Positions 40,154 to 49,647 of a stretch of 64,000 nt of DNA are shown piece by piece. Origin of the DNA: Candidatus Poribacteria bacterium (lineage in GTDB: Bacteria > Poribacteria > WGA-4E > WGA-3G); contig OY764073.1 in the NCBI GenBank assembly GCA_963668035.1, positions 3,138,930-3,202,929 of the forward strand, in the 5' to 3' direction. Position 1 is the first letter of the stretch; each line of letters begins with the position of its first letter. The notes under the pieces were generated by a model. It saw only the letters and a program-made list of their open reading frames with translations. It was not told the origin of the DNA and made no database searches. Both the position numbers and the translations under genes were made by a program.

Positions 40154-42058
40154 ATGAATCGAACGACAGCGATAGAGAGGGCGGTCTGGTGCATGCCACT
40201 GCTCGTTTTTCTCATCAGTTGCGCCTCAACTTCCGAAGAGGAAGCGTTTTCATGGCAGGTGACTTTCTTTGCGTTGGGCGCAAAGGTGCAATTCAGTGCA
40301 GAAGCACCCGTCCAGCGTCTCAGTGCCTTTAATATGGATGGCGTGAGGGTTGCGCAACTCAACTTTCCCGTACCACCTCGGCAGACAGAGCCACTCTATT
40401 TTGAATGGCATGCGGGGGAGACCTATAGGTTTGAGGCGACCTTGTCAACTGGGAATACCAAGGTTCAAAAGGTAACCGCACCACGCGTGACCACACACGG
40501 AAATTTAGACATTGCCATCCCTTATGGTGCTGCGTCGGAAAACGTTCAGAAGGCACTCATGCTGTACGGCAGCGAAATGACTGCTACAATCCTCGTTACA
40601 AACGGGAATGTGCCAACGACCTTTGACCTCAAACTCTGGCTGCCTTCAACGTTAACCGTCGTTCGCCTGCCGACAGATTGGAAAAGCGAGGTTATCAATC
40701 AGAAAACGTGTCTCTTTACCACGGGTAGACTTCGCATTGCCTCGGAAGTCTGGTATCGCGAGTTAGTCCTGAAAACAGCCGAGGTGAACGCAACAGGCGG
40801 TCAAGAAATTTCAGGTGCTGTCCGCTTCACAACGGACACTGGACAGACATGGAAACAGCAGGCGAAGGTACAACTCCAGCTGGCGACTGTGCCAGAGATT
40901 GCCGAACGTCTCTCTATAGAATCAATTGAGATGCCTACAGATGCAACGGGGACGGCGGACCCCACACAGCGAGAAAATACCATCTCCTACGCACGTCCAC
41001 TATTCAGGTGGTTCGGAACGCCGCAGACCGATCCATATCAACCGATAACTTATCAGACAGTCCGGCTCCGCAACGCCGGTAAGGAGACGATCCATGTTGT
41101 TGTATCCTCGACCAACATAGATATGAAAAGTGGTGAAATTATTCCGTTTCTCGCGCCACCGGAGACAACAGACGGCGGGTCACATCGGAGTGTGGCGTTC
41201 GCGAGTTTACCCGGAGGCGTAATCACAGATATCCCGCTACCTATCTATTTTCATCCGGTGTATATAAAACAGGAAAACCGACCAGAACAGGCGACTCCTG
41301 GCGAGTACGCGCGGGACATTAACGTGAAGGTTTGGGGAAGCGATGCGACTATTCTTCGCGAAAAACGCCCGTTACACCTGATCGTTCCAAACCGACAAGC
41401 ACTCTTTATCAGTCTATTGGCAATTATCGGCAGTAGCATCGGGTTCGCCCTTGTTTTACGGTTTCATAAGCGAATTTTTGCGGGGTTCACAACGAAACAG
41501 GTCATCGTCATCGCGCTATTCGGCACAACAGTTTTTGTGACGGTGATAGTGCCATCAACACTATTTCTCAATTTAATCCATGCTATCCTCGGTCCCTTTT
41601 CTGTACTGCTGACGGGTTTGATAAATGAGACGCTCTATTATGCTTTGCTCACTGCACTGTTAATTTATATCCATGGGGATCCAGAGGGATCAACACGGGA
41701 CAATAAAGGCAGCGGCGTAATCTTGCTTGTCTCAGCGGTGCGTCTACTGCTCAGCGGTGTCACGTTCGGACTTTTCACACCCGTTGCAATTATCTACACC
41801 GGCACGAGTGTGCTTCTACTGGAAACTGGATTTCTATTGGTGCGAAGACGAAATATAGTGGCGTGGGCAGTCGTGCTTGGACTCTGCGATGCGATTGCCG
41901 TTTATGTCGATTTCCAACTCTCTATACTGTTTTACCGGCTTTTCTACGCCGATTGGTATATTGTGTTACGAGTCCTGATAGAAGGGTTCGCCTATACCTT
42001 TATCGGCGTGCTGCTCGGCGCGAGATTAGGACGCGGGCTCTGGCGTGTAGCAGATTAA
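40154..42058 (+). CDS. Membrane protein with an N-terminal lipoprotein-type signal (LLVFLISC), a ~400 aa extracytoplasmic domain and a C-terminal 6-7 TM domain.
   Basis: Hydrophobic helices start at ALFISLLAIIGSSIGFALVL. The 6-7 TM organisation is compatible with an ECF-type S-component-like fold (BtuM/CbrT-like); this is inference only. Confidence 0.6.
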   Translation: MNRTTAIERAVWCMPLLVFLISCASTSEEEAFSWQVTFFALGAKVQFSAEAPVQRLSAFNMDGVRVAQLNFPVPPRQTEPLYFEWHAGETYRFEATLSTGNTKVQKVTAPRVTTHGNLDIAIPYGAASENVQKALMLYGSEMTATILVTNGNVPTTFDLKLWLPSTLTVVRLPTDWKSEVINQKTCLFTTGRLRIASEVWYRELVLKTAEVNATGGQEISGAVRFTTDTGQTWKQQAKVQLQLATVPEIAERLSIESIEMPTDATGTADPTQRENTISYARPLFRWFGTPQTDPYQPITYQTVRLRNAGKETIHVVVSSTNIDMKSGEIIPFLAPPETTDGGSHRSVAFASLPGGVITDIPLPIYFHPVYIKQENRPEQATPGEYARDINVKVWGSDATILREKRPLHLIVPNRQALFISLLAIIGSSIGFALVLRFHKRIFAGFTTKQVIVIALFGTTVFVTVIVPSTLFLNLIHAILGPFSVLLTGLINETLYYALLTALLIYIHGDPEGSTRDNKGSGVILLVSAVRLLLSGVTFGLFTPVAIIYTGTSVLLLETGFLLVRRRNIVAWAVVLGLCDAIAVYVDFQLSILFYRLFYADWYIVLRVLIEGFAYTFIGVLLGARLGRGLWRVAD

Positions 42059-42073
42059 ATCAGGAGGACAACA

Positions 42074-43792
42074 ATGCAGCGAATTCCGTTTTTGAGTCTA
42101 CTTTGCTTGTTTTTTATTTTACCTATTAGCATTGCGACAGCCGAGATGCGTGTCAACTGGATACGGACAGGTGTAATGCTTGAATTTTCGCTCGACGACG
42201 ATTTTGAAGGCAGTATCAGCGTCTCAACCGTGTCTAACGGCATAGCACATAAATTAGCTGAAACCCCGACAGTTACAGAATTCAATACACAGCCCAATGC
42301 CAAGCGCATACTGCTCCAATTTCCGTGGCACCCTAACGAAGCGTATCAATTTCATTTTCGCTTAAGTGATACCAAAATAACAGCGACTGCCCCGCTTAAG
42401 CCGACACCCTACGTTATCAGTACGGTTGAATTGGATGGTCTTTTATCTCTGATGGAGAACTTGCGTCAACCTGCGAAACCGACCGCGATTGCCTTGGGAC
42501 ATGGAAATGCCCCTTATGCACATAGATTAGCGGTTGCGACTGATAGGGGGCACCTTGCGGTTCTCCAAACGCTCTCAGGCAAATCACTCTGGGAGACCCG
42601 AATTTCGGAAGGTTATGTGAAAAGAATGGCGTTCAGTCCAGACAATAAGTTGCTCTATATCGGTGAGCAGGCAGCAGATGGCTATATCTACTGCTACGAC
42701 TTCGCAGCTACTGAGTCAACACTTCGCTGGAAATACCGCACCGCTGACGACATCGAGACCTCCGTGCCGAGCAACCCGGACAGCGTCTACGCTTGGGTCA
42801 ACTATCCTGGTCCAGTCTGCATGCGTACACTCGCTAACGGCGACCTTTTGGTCGCAAGTGTGCATGCGTGGACAGAGAACGAGGTCCCCTTAAAAAAATC
42901 GCAGCTGTACCGGTTTGATAATGGAACGGGAGATGTCATCTGGAAGTGGCCCCGCGATGGCGCGATGCAAAAGATAATTCGCTGGTTTGACGTAGATGCC
43001 GATGGGGAAACCCTCGCGCTCCTAACGGATGCAGGATACAATTTACAAGGAAGCACCCCTGATGAAGAGGGTGCGGTCAACGGAAGACTCTCTGTGTTGA
43101 ACGCGAAAGACGGAACAGAGAAGTGGCACGCCGATATTGAACCTTTAGGCAAGTATTTTTCGCAGGTCACATTTTGGCGAGGTGTTAGCATATCCCCCGA
43201 CGGTAGATTTATCAATGTAACAACAGACGACGGCCGCGCCTTTATCTTTGATGTCAATACCCGCAAACCGATATGGCAGGAAGACTTGACAACGCCATTG
43301 GAGATAAGCGGGATCCCGATTGTCGCGACTTCCGGCACGATCGGGGCGACGGATACGGCAGCACTTTTTGTCACTGGGGATACGTATGTTCCGTATCATC
43401 TCCAAAAAGGCGCGCAACGCCCTTCAGCAGCACACCCAAATGGGATGACGTTGTTTGCTTATGCGTGGTCTGGTGAAAAAATCTGGCAGTGGCAACTTGA
43501 GAATATGCCACAAGGCTTAAGCATTGATGCGAAAGACCGCTACGCGGCACTCTCTGTTTCTAAGCGTACGCGGGATCCGAATGAGAGTCTTCACGGTGTA
43601 TCGGTATTTGATTTGACAACAGCAGGCAGCGGCTTATCAAAATACCTGTACACCTATCGCACAGAGGGGCAGCTCCCTTATGATACACTTGCGATCAGTG
43701 CAGATGGTGCGTTCATCGTTGCCGTTGAAGTGCCGATAGCAATGCCAGATGAGACAGTGCGCGGAAAAAATCGGGTGCATGTGCTGTATTGA
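42074..43792 (+). CDS. Secreted PQQ-like/BamB-like beta-propeller repeat protein.
   Basis: Signal peptide MQRIPFLSLLCLFFILPISIATA and repeated W-containing beta-propeller blades (LWETR, IWKW, KWHADI, IWQEDL, IWQWQL). Confidence 0.7.
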   Translation: MQRIPFLSLLCLFFILPISIATAEMRVNWIRTGVMLEFSLDDDFEGSISVSTVSNGIAHKLAETPTVTEFNTQPNAKRILLQFPWHPNEAYQFHFRLSDTKITATAPLKPTPYVISTVELDGLLSLMENLRQPAKPTAIALGHGNAPYAHRLAVATDRGHLAVLQTLSGKSLWETRISEGYVKRMAFSPDNKLLYIGEQAADGYIYCYDFAATESTLRWKYRTADDIETSVPSNPDSVYAWVNYPGPVCMRTLANGDLLVASVHAWTENEVPLKKSQLYRFDNGTGDVIWKWPRDGAMQKIIRWFDVDADGETLALLTDAGYNLQGSTPDEEGAVNGRLSVLNAKDGTEKWHADIEPLGKYFSQVTFWRGVSISPDGRFINVTTDDGRAFIFDVNTRKPIWQEDLTTPLEISGIPIVATSGTIGATDTAALFVTGDTYVPYHLQKGAQRPSAAHPNGMTLFAYAWSGEKIWQWQLENMPQGLSIDAKDRYAALSVSKRTRDPNESLHGVSVFDLTTAGSGLSKYLYTYRTEGQLPYDTLAISADGAFIVAVEVPIAMPDETVRGKNRVHVLY

Positions 43793-43820
43793 TTTTTGGT
43801 TGCCTGACAGAGACATTCAA

Positions 43821-43851
43821 GGGAACAACAAATCTGTTGTTCCCTCTATTG
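43821..43851 (+). terminator. Intrinsic terminator-like hairpin GGGAACAACA-AATC-TGTTGTTCCC after the three-gene operon.
   Basis: Perfect 10-bp stem followed by tctatt. Confidence 0.5.
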
Positions 43852-43880
43852 CAACTTGATAGCAGACACAAAAAGAGAAT

Positions 43881-44078
43881 TCACTTTGACATTGTATATT
43901 GAGCGACCGCGTTTTGCGTGGATACAATCACACTCTGTAACGCTTGAAAGTAATTCATTTCAGCGATCTTAATCGTGTGTTGATCCTCGGTTGCACGGGC
44001 GCGTTTGAGTGCTTCCCAATTCAACACGAGTATCCGATTCGTTTGCTCTAAAATTTTCCAATTCGCGTTTGAAATCAT
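43881..44078 (-). CDS. Hypothetical 65 aa protein downstream of the RHH gene.
   Basis: ORF only. Confidence 0.3.
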   Translation of the reverse strand: MISNANWKILEQTNRILVLNWEALKRARATEDQHTIKIAEMNYFQALQSVIVSTQNAVAQYTMSK

Positions 44079-44099
44079 CAGTACCCTCCAGAAAGATGT

Positions 44100-44351
44100 T
44101 CACGCTATCGGCGGCTTGTCGTTCCGCTCAAACAGCGCGTTCAACGCTTGGCTCAGCAAGTTTTGGATACTCGTCTCCTGCTCCAACGCGAGCATCTTTA
44201 ACTGCCGATGCACATCTTTATCAAAATGTCCCGAAATCATCTTTTTACCTTGACGAGAGGGCGGCACTATCGCAGCCGGCTTCGGTGTCGTCTCTTGCCG
44301 AACCTGCTCGGTACCACTCCGTGTTTCTGTGGGTGTCGGTTTGTTAACCAT
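44100..44351 (-). CDS. Ribbon-helix-helix (CopG/Arc/ParG-like) DNA-binding protein.
   Basis: The C-terminal segment ISGHFDKDVHRQLKMLALEQETSIQNLLSQALNALFE matches the RHH fold pattern; the N-terminus is disordered. ACATGT repeats lie in its upstream region, 44400-44470. Confidence 0.55.
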   Translation of the reverse strand: MVNKPTPTETRSGTEQVRQETTPKPAAIVPPSRQGKKMISGHFDKDVHRQLKMLALEQETSIQNLLSQALNALFERNDKPPIA

Positions 44352-44633
44352 CGGACCTCCAATGCGTTGGCAGGGTCGTCCAGCTCACGCCACCCTTGCC
44401 TGATAGAATTACCATAGTTTCCATTTACGCCTCCACACATATCCACATGTTCACATGTATACATGTATGCTATTACAAACGTTGGGTTTGCAGATCGGTT
44501 ACAGATTTTGTTTTATAAAGCCCGATTTCTTTTTCACGTGACTATTATGCCAAAATATTGTATACTTATTTTGTATAATTTTCGATTTTCGGTCAAAACT
44601 GATTTCTGGACGATGTGCTTGAAAACCAAACCG

Positions 44634-44909
44634 ATGCAACTTCAGTTCTACACCAAGCCTGACTGTCCACTTTGTGACGAGGCGAAGGCTGTCCTCCAGG
44701 AGGTCGGTGCGAAAGCATCGTTTATTGCGGTAACGGAAATCGACATCACGAAAGACCTAAAACTATTCACGAAATATAAATATCGGATTCCTGTGCTTGA
44801 GTTGGATGGAAAACCGCTTTTTACGCATCACGTTAAGCGGTGGAAGTTGATGTGGCAGCTACAATGGCACCGGGTTCGGAGGTACTTCACCGGTAGGCGG
44901 GATCTGTAA
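44634..44909 (+). CDS. Glutaredoxin-like thioredoxin-fold protein (DUF836-like).
   Basis: MQLQFYTKPDCPLCDEAKAVLQEV...YRIPVLELDGKPLF has a CPLC active site. The start was taken at the internal ATG. Confidence 0.55.
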   Translation: MQLQFYTKPDCPLCDEAKAVLQEVGAKASFIAVTEIDITKDLKLFTKYKYRIPVLELDGKPLFTHHVKRWKLMWQLQWHRVRRYFTGRRDL

Positions 44910-44946
44910 TCCCGATACACAATTCTAATCTAAGGAGATCACGCGT

Positions 44947-46566
44947 ATGGCATTTCCATCTCACGGCACAACGCATCGATCCACAGTAACAGGGACACGC
45001 GGTATGTCGACAAGCGCGCATCCGCTCGCGAGCCTTGCGGGCGCGCGGATGTTGCTGGCTGGCGGTAATGCGTTTGATGCAGCGGTCGCGGTCGCTGCAA
45101 CGCTTAACGTCGCTGAACCTTATATGTCCGGTATTGCTGGCAACGGGTATATGCTGATCTATAGTGCAAAAGAAAAAAAGCATAGGGTGTTAGATTATCT
45201 CGGCACTGCACCTTACGCAGCCACACTGGATGTCTATCCGACACTCGAAAGTCAGCAGATCGGCATCCGTGCAGGGATGGTGCCAGGCGGATGTGGGGGC
45301 TGGTTGGCACTGCTGGAACGTTACGGAAGTATGGCGCATGCAGATGTCTTCGCGCCGGCGATTGAATTGGCGGAAAATGGATACGCCGTCACCGTCAAAA
45401 ATGCGGAATTCATGGCGGGTGCGTACCACTATTTCTCGGAACGCGCTGCCGAAGTTATCGCCTCGCGAGGAAGAACCCCCCATCCCGGCGAAGTTTTGAT
45501 CCAGAAGGACCTCGCCCAAACGTTTCGCACGGTTGCAGAAGGCGGTGCAGAAGCGTTCTATCGCGGCGACATCGCAAAAGAGATTGTCCGCTTTTCCGAA
45601 GAAACCGATGGGCTGATTACCGAAAAGGACTTGGCTGACTTTGAAGTAGAATGGCAAGAACCGATCTCAGTTACCTACAAAGATTACGAAGTCTACTGTC
45701 CACCACCCCCGTGTTCAGGCTTTCAGTACTTAGAGACGCTGAATATCTTAGAGAACGACGCACTTGCTGAACTCGGACACAATACGCCCGAATACTTACA
45801 TCTACTCATTGAAGCGATTAAGTTAGCGAGTGCCGATAGAGCCGAATACGCCCCGCGGCCGAACCCACCGATTGAGCGGTTGTTATCTAAAGACTATGCA
45901 CAGGCACAACGCAAACGGATCGGCGAACAGGCAGCCGTCAGTGGCGGTGAACGTTGGACAAAGGATAAACTTCCCGGCGAAATCCGTGCTGACGATTGGA
46001 CGACCGAATGTACAACCCATTTTGACACCGCTGATGCGGAGGGCAATATCGTCGCCGTGACACAGAGTCTCGGACAACCGTTCGGCTCAGGCGTAATTCT
46101 CGGATCCACCGGAATGTTTCTCAACAATTTTATGAACTGGTTCGACAGGATTCCAGAGAGCCCGAATGCTGTTGGACCGCACAAGCGGATAGAGATGTGT
46201 ATGTCGCCGTGTCAAGTTTGGAAAGGTGGTAATCCCTTCGCAGCAATTGGGACACCCGGCAGCCACGGTATCCTACAGACGACACTACAGATGGTGTTGA
46301 ACCTGATTGAGCACGGGATGAACGTTCAAGCAGCGATTGAAGCACCCCGTATCCGATTGGTAAACCCTGGAACACATGTGAGTATGGAGGGACGCATCCC
46401 TGTTGCGGTGCGCGCAGCGTTGGAAGCGCGCGGACATGACGTAGAAGTGCTGCCTGACTGGACAGCGACTGTCGGAGGCGGGCACGGTATCGCTTTTGAT
46501 CCTGAAGAAGGCAGTTTCATGGGCGGTGCTGACCCCCGGCGCGATGGGTATGCAATCGGTGTGTAG
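44947..46566 (+). CDS. ggt: Gamma-glutamyltranspeptidase.
   Basis: Catalytic Thr context TTHFDTADAEGNIVAVTQSLGQPFGSGV and C-terminal GGADPRRDG, 539 aa. Confidence 0.9.
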   Translation: MAFPSHGTTHRSTVTGTRGMSTSAHPLASLAGARMLLAGGNAFDAAVAVAATLNVAEPYMSGIAGNGYMLIYSAKEKKHRVLDYLGTAPYAATLDVYPTLESQQIGIRAGMVPGGCGGWLALLERYGSMAHADVFAPAIELAENGYAVTVKNAEFMAGAYHYFSERAAEVIASRGRTPHPGEVLIQKDLAQTFRTVAEGGAEAFYRGDIAKEIVRFSEETDGLITEKDLADFEVEWQEPISVTYKDYEVYCPPPPCSGFQYLETLNILENDALAELGHNTPEYLHLLIEAIKLASADRAEYAPRPNPPIERLLSKDYAQAQRKRIGEQAAVSGGERWTKDKLPGEIRADDWTTECTTHFDTADAEGNIVAVTQSLGQPFGSGVILGSTGMFLNNFMNWFDRIPESPNAVGPHKRIEMCMSPCQVWKGGNPFAAIGTPGSHGILQTTLQMVLNLIEHGMNVQAAIEAPRIRLVNPGTHVSMEGRIPVAVRAALEARGHDVEVLPDWTATVGGGHGIAFDPEEGSFMGGADPRRDGYAIGV

Positions 46567-46604
46567 TTTCTATTAACAAAGTAATTTTTGTTTTTGGAGG
46601 AAAT

Positions 46605-47642
46605 ATGCGAAATTTTAGCACATTGCACAAATATCTTTTTTTAGGTTTAGCACTAATTTTAATCTCTGGTTGCGACAGGATTTCGGACGTAACCCTTACT
46701 GAGCCCCCCGCTGCACCGCTTCGCGTAACCATGATATATCCAACCGATTGCGTCGGGAGTGCAGCTTACTGTGACGCTTTCAATATTGGTGTCCAAACTG
46801 CAGCAGCTGAGCTCGAAATTAGTCTTAAAGAGGTTAGTGGAAATGAAAACGATCCGGTAGCGTCAGAGATGGCGGTCAGAGATGCCGCACAGACTTCGGA
46901 CCTCGTTTTGGCAGCGGGTTACCAACTCGGAGAACCGCTCGCTCGCGTTGCCGCTGAATTTCCGGATGTCAAGTTCGCCATTTTTGATGTTGTGCTTGAT
47001 ATTCCGAATGTGGCATCTGTCAACTACAAGTCAAACGAAGGTTCATTTTTAGTCGGCGCGATTGCGGCACTCAAAACAGAGAGCGGTAAAATCGGTTATA
47101 TCGGCGGCGCGGATGTCCTCTTACTACACGAATTTGAAGCTGGTTACGTTGCCGGGATTCAGGCGATCCATCCAGAAGCGGAAATTTCTATTGATTACAT
47201 CAGTCTGGATGCAACCGGGTTCGGTCAGCCGGATAAGGCAAACGAGCTCGCGTTAGCACAATATGAGAGCGGCGTTGATGTGATTTACACCGCAGCCGGC
47301 GGCGCGGGTCAAGGCGTGCTTGAAGCCGCGCAAGCACAACAGAAATATATCATTTGGGTCGATTCTAACGGTAATCATCTTGCCCCCGGTATCGTTCTAA
47401 CGAGCATGGTTAAAGAGATCCCTATCGTTGTGCAAACAATCATCCGTGAAACCGTTGCAGATAAATTTATGCCCGGTATTCGATACTTTGGGCTCGAAGA
47501 TGGCGGTGTGAGTTATGCCGTTGATGAACACAATCAGTCTCTGCTTTCAGATGACATGGTGGCAACCGTTGAGTCGCTGAAAGCAAAAATTATTGCTGGC
47601 GAGATTGTTGTTCCCGACACAGTTTCGCTGCCGAGAGAATAA
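46605..47642 (+). CDS. BMP-family (basic membrane protein/PnrA/Med-like) ABC transporter substrate-binding lipoprotein.
   Basis: Lipobox LISGC and the motifs FAIFDVVLDIPNVASVNYKSNEGSFLVGAIAA and GKIGYIGG. Confidence 0.85.
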   Translation: MRNFSTLHKYLFLGLALILISGCDRISDVTLTEPPAAPLRVTMIYPTDCVGSAAYCDAFNIGVQTAAAELEISLKEVSGNENDPVASEMAVRDAAQTSDLVLAAGYQLGEPLARVAAEFPDVKFAIFDVVLDIPNVASVNYKSNEGSFLVGAIAALKTESGKIGYIGGADVLLLHEFEAGYVAGIQAIHPEAEISIDYISLDATGFGQPDKANELALAQYESGVDVIYTAAGGAGQGVLEAAQAQQKYIIWVDSNGNHLAPGIVLTSMVKEIPIVVQTIIRETVADKFMPGIRYFGLEDGGVSYAVDEHNQSLLSDDMVATVESLKAKIIAGEIVVPDTVSLPRE

Positions 47643-47643
47643 T

Positions 47644-49608
47644 ATGAAGTGGATATATCTCTTAGCTGCTATTTGCCTGTTTGCGGCTTTAAATGGGTGT
47701 ACGCAAGAGAAAGATGATACGCGCTGGGGCTTGCCTAAAGGTGCGAAATTGCGTATCGGTAGAGGGCGGGTGGAGGATGTAAAATTCTCGCCGGATGGGA
47801 AGCTGCTGGCAGTAGCAAGTTCAGTCGGCATTTGGCTTTACGATACAGAAACTTATACGCCACGCACCCTAATTACAGCGGATAAGGGCGCGGTCACTGC
47901 TATCGCTTTCTCCGCAGACTCGCGGCACCTTGCCGGGGGCAGTGGGCACTATACGCTCTCTGTGTGGGACGTACGTTCCGGGCGGCTCCTACGAACGTTC
48001 GGTTTGGAGAAAGGGCTTCCGCCGGGGATCGGCGACATTGTAGGGGGCCTGGAGGAGGTCGTTTTCTTAGCATTTTCTCCGGATGGACGCAGCCTCGCGA
48101 GTTTCGCGCGGTTTGAAGGAACGCTCCGCTTGTGGAATGCACACACCGGCGATTTGTTGAAGACCTTCTTCAAGGACTATCCTTCAGAACTTACCAAGGC
48201 CGCAGCGTTTTCTCAGGACGGACAGACGCTTGCCATTGCGGATGGGGATGGGGGTCACGGCAGAATTAGTTTGTGGGACGCTGAAACACATAGATACCGA
48301 AATACCATCTTAACGAAAGCTGTTATCTCTATGGCGTTTTCTCCGGATGGACGCACGCTCGCCGCTGTTGTAGGAAGATATGATGATGACAAGGCACTCC
48401 TTGTATGGAATATGCACACCAGAAAATGGCTCCGGACGCTCACAGGACACACAGGTTCAATCGATACCTTAGCCTTTTCTCTAAATAACCGAATTGTGGC
48501 AGGTGGGGACGACGGTGACCGGGTGTTACGGATGTGGGATGCGCGCACAGGGGATTTGCTGAGAACGTTCAAGGGACATACGGATTTCGTTCGCGTGCTC
48601 GCCTTCTCTCCAAGCGGTGAGACGCTTGTGAGTGCCAGTTTCGATAATACATTGCGGGTGTGGGATACTGAAACCGGGCAGCAAAAGAGAGTCCTCATGG
48701 AGCACATAGGTTGGGGTAAGGGTGTAGTGTTCTCTCCAGATGGACGGTGGCTTGCAAGTATAAGCTACGATGATAAAATCCGCTTGTGGGATAGACACAC
48801 GGGACACCTGTTGCGAGTGCTCAGCGGGCACACGGGTCCAGTTACTGCTGTAGCCGTTTCGTCGGATGGGAGAACCCTTGCAAGTATTGGACGTTTTCCT
48901 GACAGGACGCTCCGGTTATGGAATCCTGAAACCGGTGAGCTGTTGAAAACGGTTTCGGAATATGTCGGAAAGCGGACATGTGTATTTTCTCCCGATAGTC
49001 AAACACTTGCTACCGGCGGCGGTAGAGAGGGGACAGTTCGCTTATTTGATGTCGCAACCGGTAGACTGTTGAAAACTTTGGTAGACTCTAAAAACATAGT
49101 TAAGACGGTGGCGTTTTCTCCGGATGGGAAACTTCTTGCTGGTGGCGGTTGGTCAACAGGGTTTTGTATCTGGGATGTTCAGACGGGTGATCTGCTGAAA
49201 ACTTTTTCAGAGGCGTATGGTGTCGAAATTCTGGCGTTTTCTCCGAATGGCAAAACGCTTGCCAGCGGCGGTGGGTTTAAAGATGCGACAATCCGTTTGT
49301 GGGATATCCGCACGGGTGAAAAACGGTTTACCCTAAAAGGACATGAGAAAAACCCAACGACCGCACATGTCAGCGATGTCTATGCTATTGCATTCTCGCC
49401 GGATGGGATGTTACTTGCCAGTGGTGGCATAGACGGTACGGTCCGTTTGTGGGATCCGACCACAGGCTCGGCGTTATCTACTTTCGTAGGAAATCAGAGC
49501 TCTGTTTCGGCAGTTGCGTTTTCTCCGGATGGTAAAACGCTTGCCAGTGGTGAATCCGCGATCTTTCTGTGGGATGTTGACGCAGTTTTGCGAAGGATAG
49601 TGGACTAA
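47644..49608 (+). CDS. WD40-repeat lipoprotein (~14 repeats).
   Basis: Lipoprotein signal MKWIYLLAAICLFAALNGC. Repeated FSPDG..LA.G....RLWD units resemble those in the ECF fusions. Confidence 0.8.
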   Translation: MKWIYLLAAICLFAALNGCTQEKDDTRWGLPKGAKLRIGRGRVEDVKFSPDGKLLAVASSVGIWLYDTETYTPRTLITADKGAVTAIAFSADSRHLAGGSGHYTLSVWDVRSGRLLRTFGLEKGLPPGIGDIVGGLEEVVFLAFSPDGRSLASFARFEGTLRLWNAHTGDLLKTFFKDYPSELTKAAAFSQDGQTLAIADGDGGHGRISLWDAETHRYRNTILTKAVISMAFSPDGRTLAAVVGRYDDDKALLVWNMHTRKWLRTLTGHTGSIDTLAFSLNNRIVAGGDDGDRVLRMWDARTGDLLRTFKGHTDFVRVLAFSPSGETLVSASFDNTLRVWDTETGQQKRVLMEHIGWGKGVVFSPDGRWLASISYDDKIRLWDRHTGHLLRVLSGHTGPVTAVAVSSDGRTLASIGRFPDRTLRLWNPETGELLKTVSEYVGKRTCVFSPDSQTLATGGGREGTVRLFDVATGRLLKTLVDSKNIVKTVAFSPDGKLLAGGGWSTGFCIWDVQTGDLLKTFSEAYGVEILAFSPNGKTLASGGGFKDATIRLWDIRTGEKRFTLKGHEKNPTTAHVSDVYAIAFSPDGMLLASGGIDGTVRLWDPTTGSALSTFVGNQSSVSAVAFSPDGKTLASGESAIFLWDVDAVLRRIVD

Positions 49609-49647
49609 ATCAAGTCGCCTACCCCACCAATTTTCATAACGCGACTT

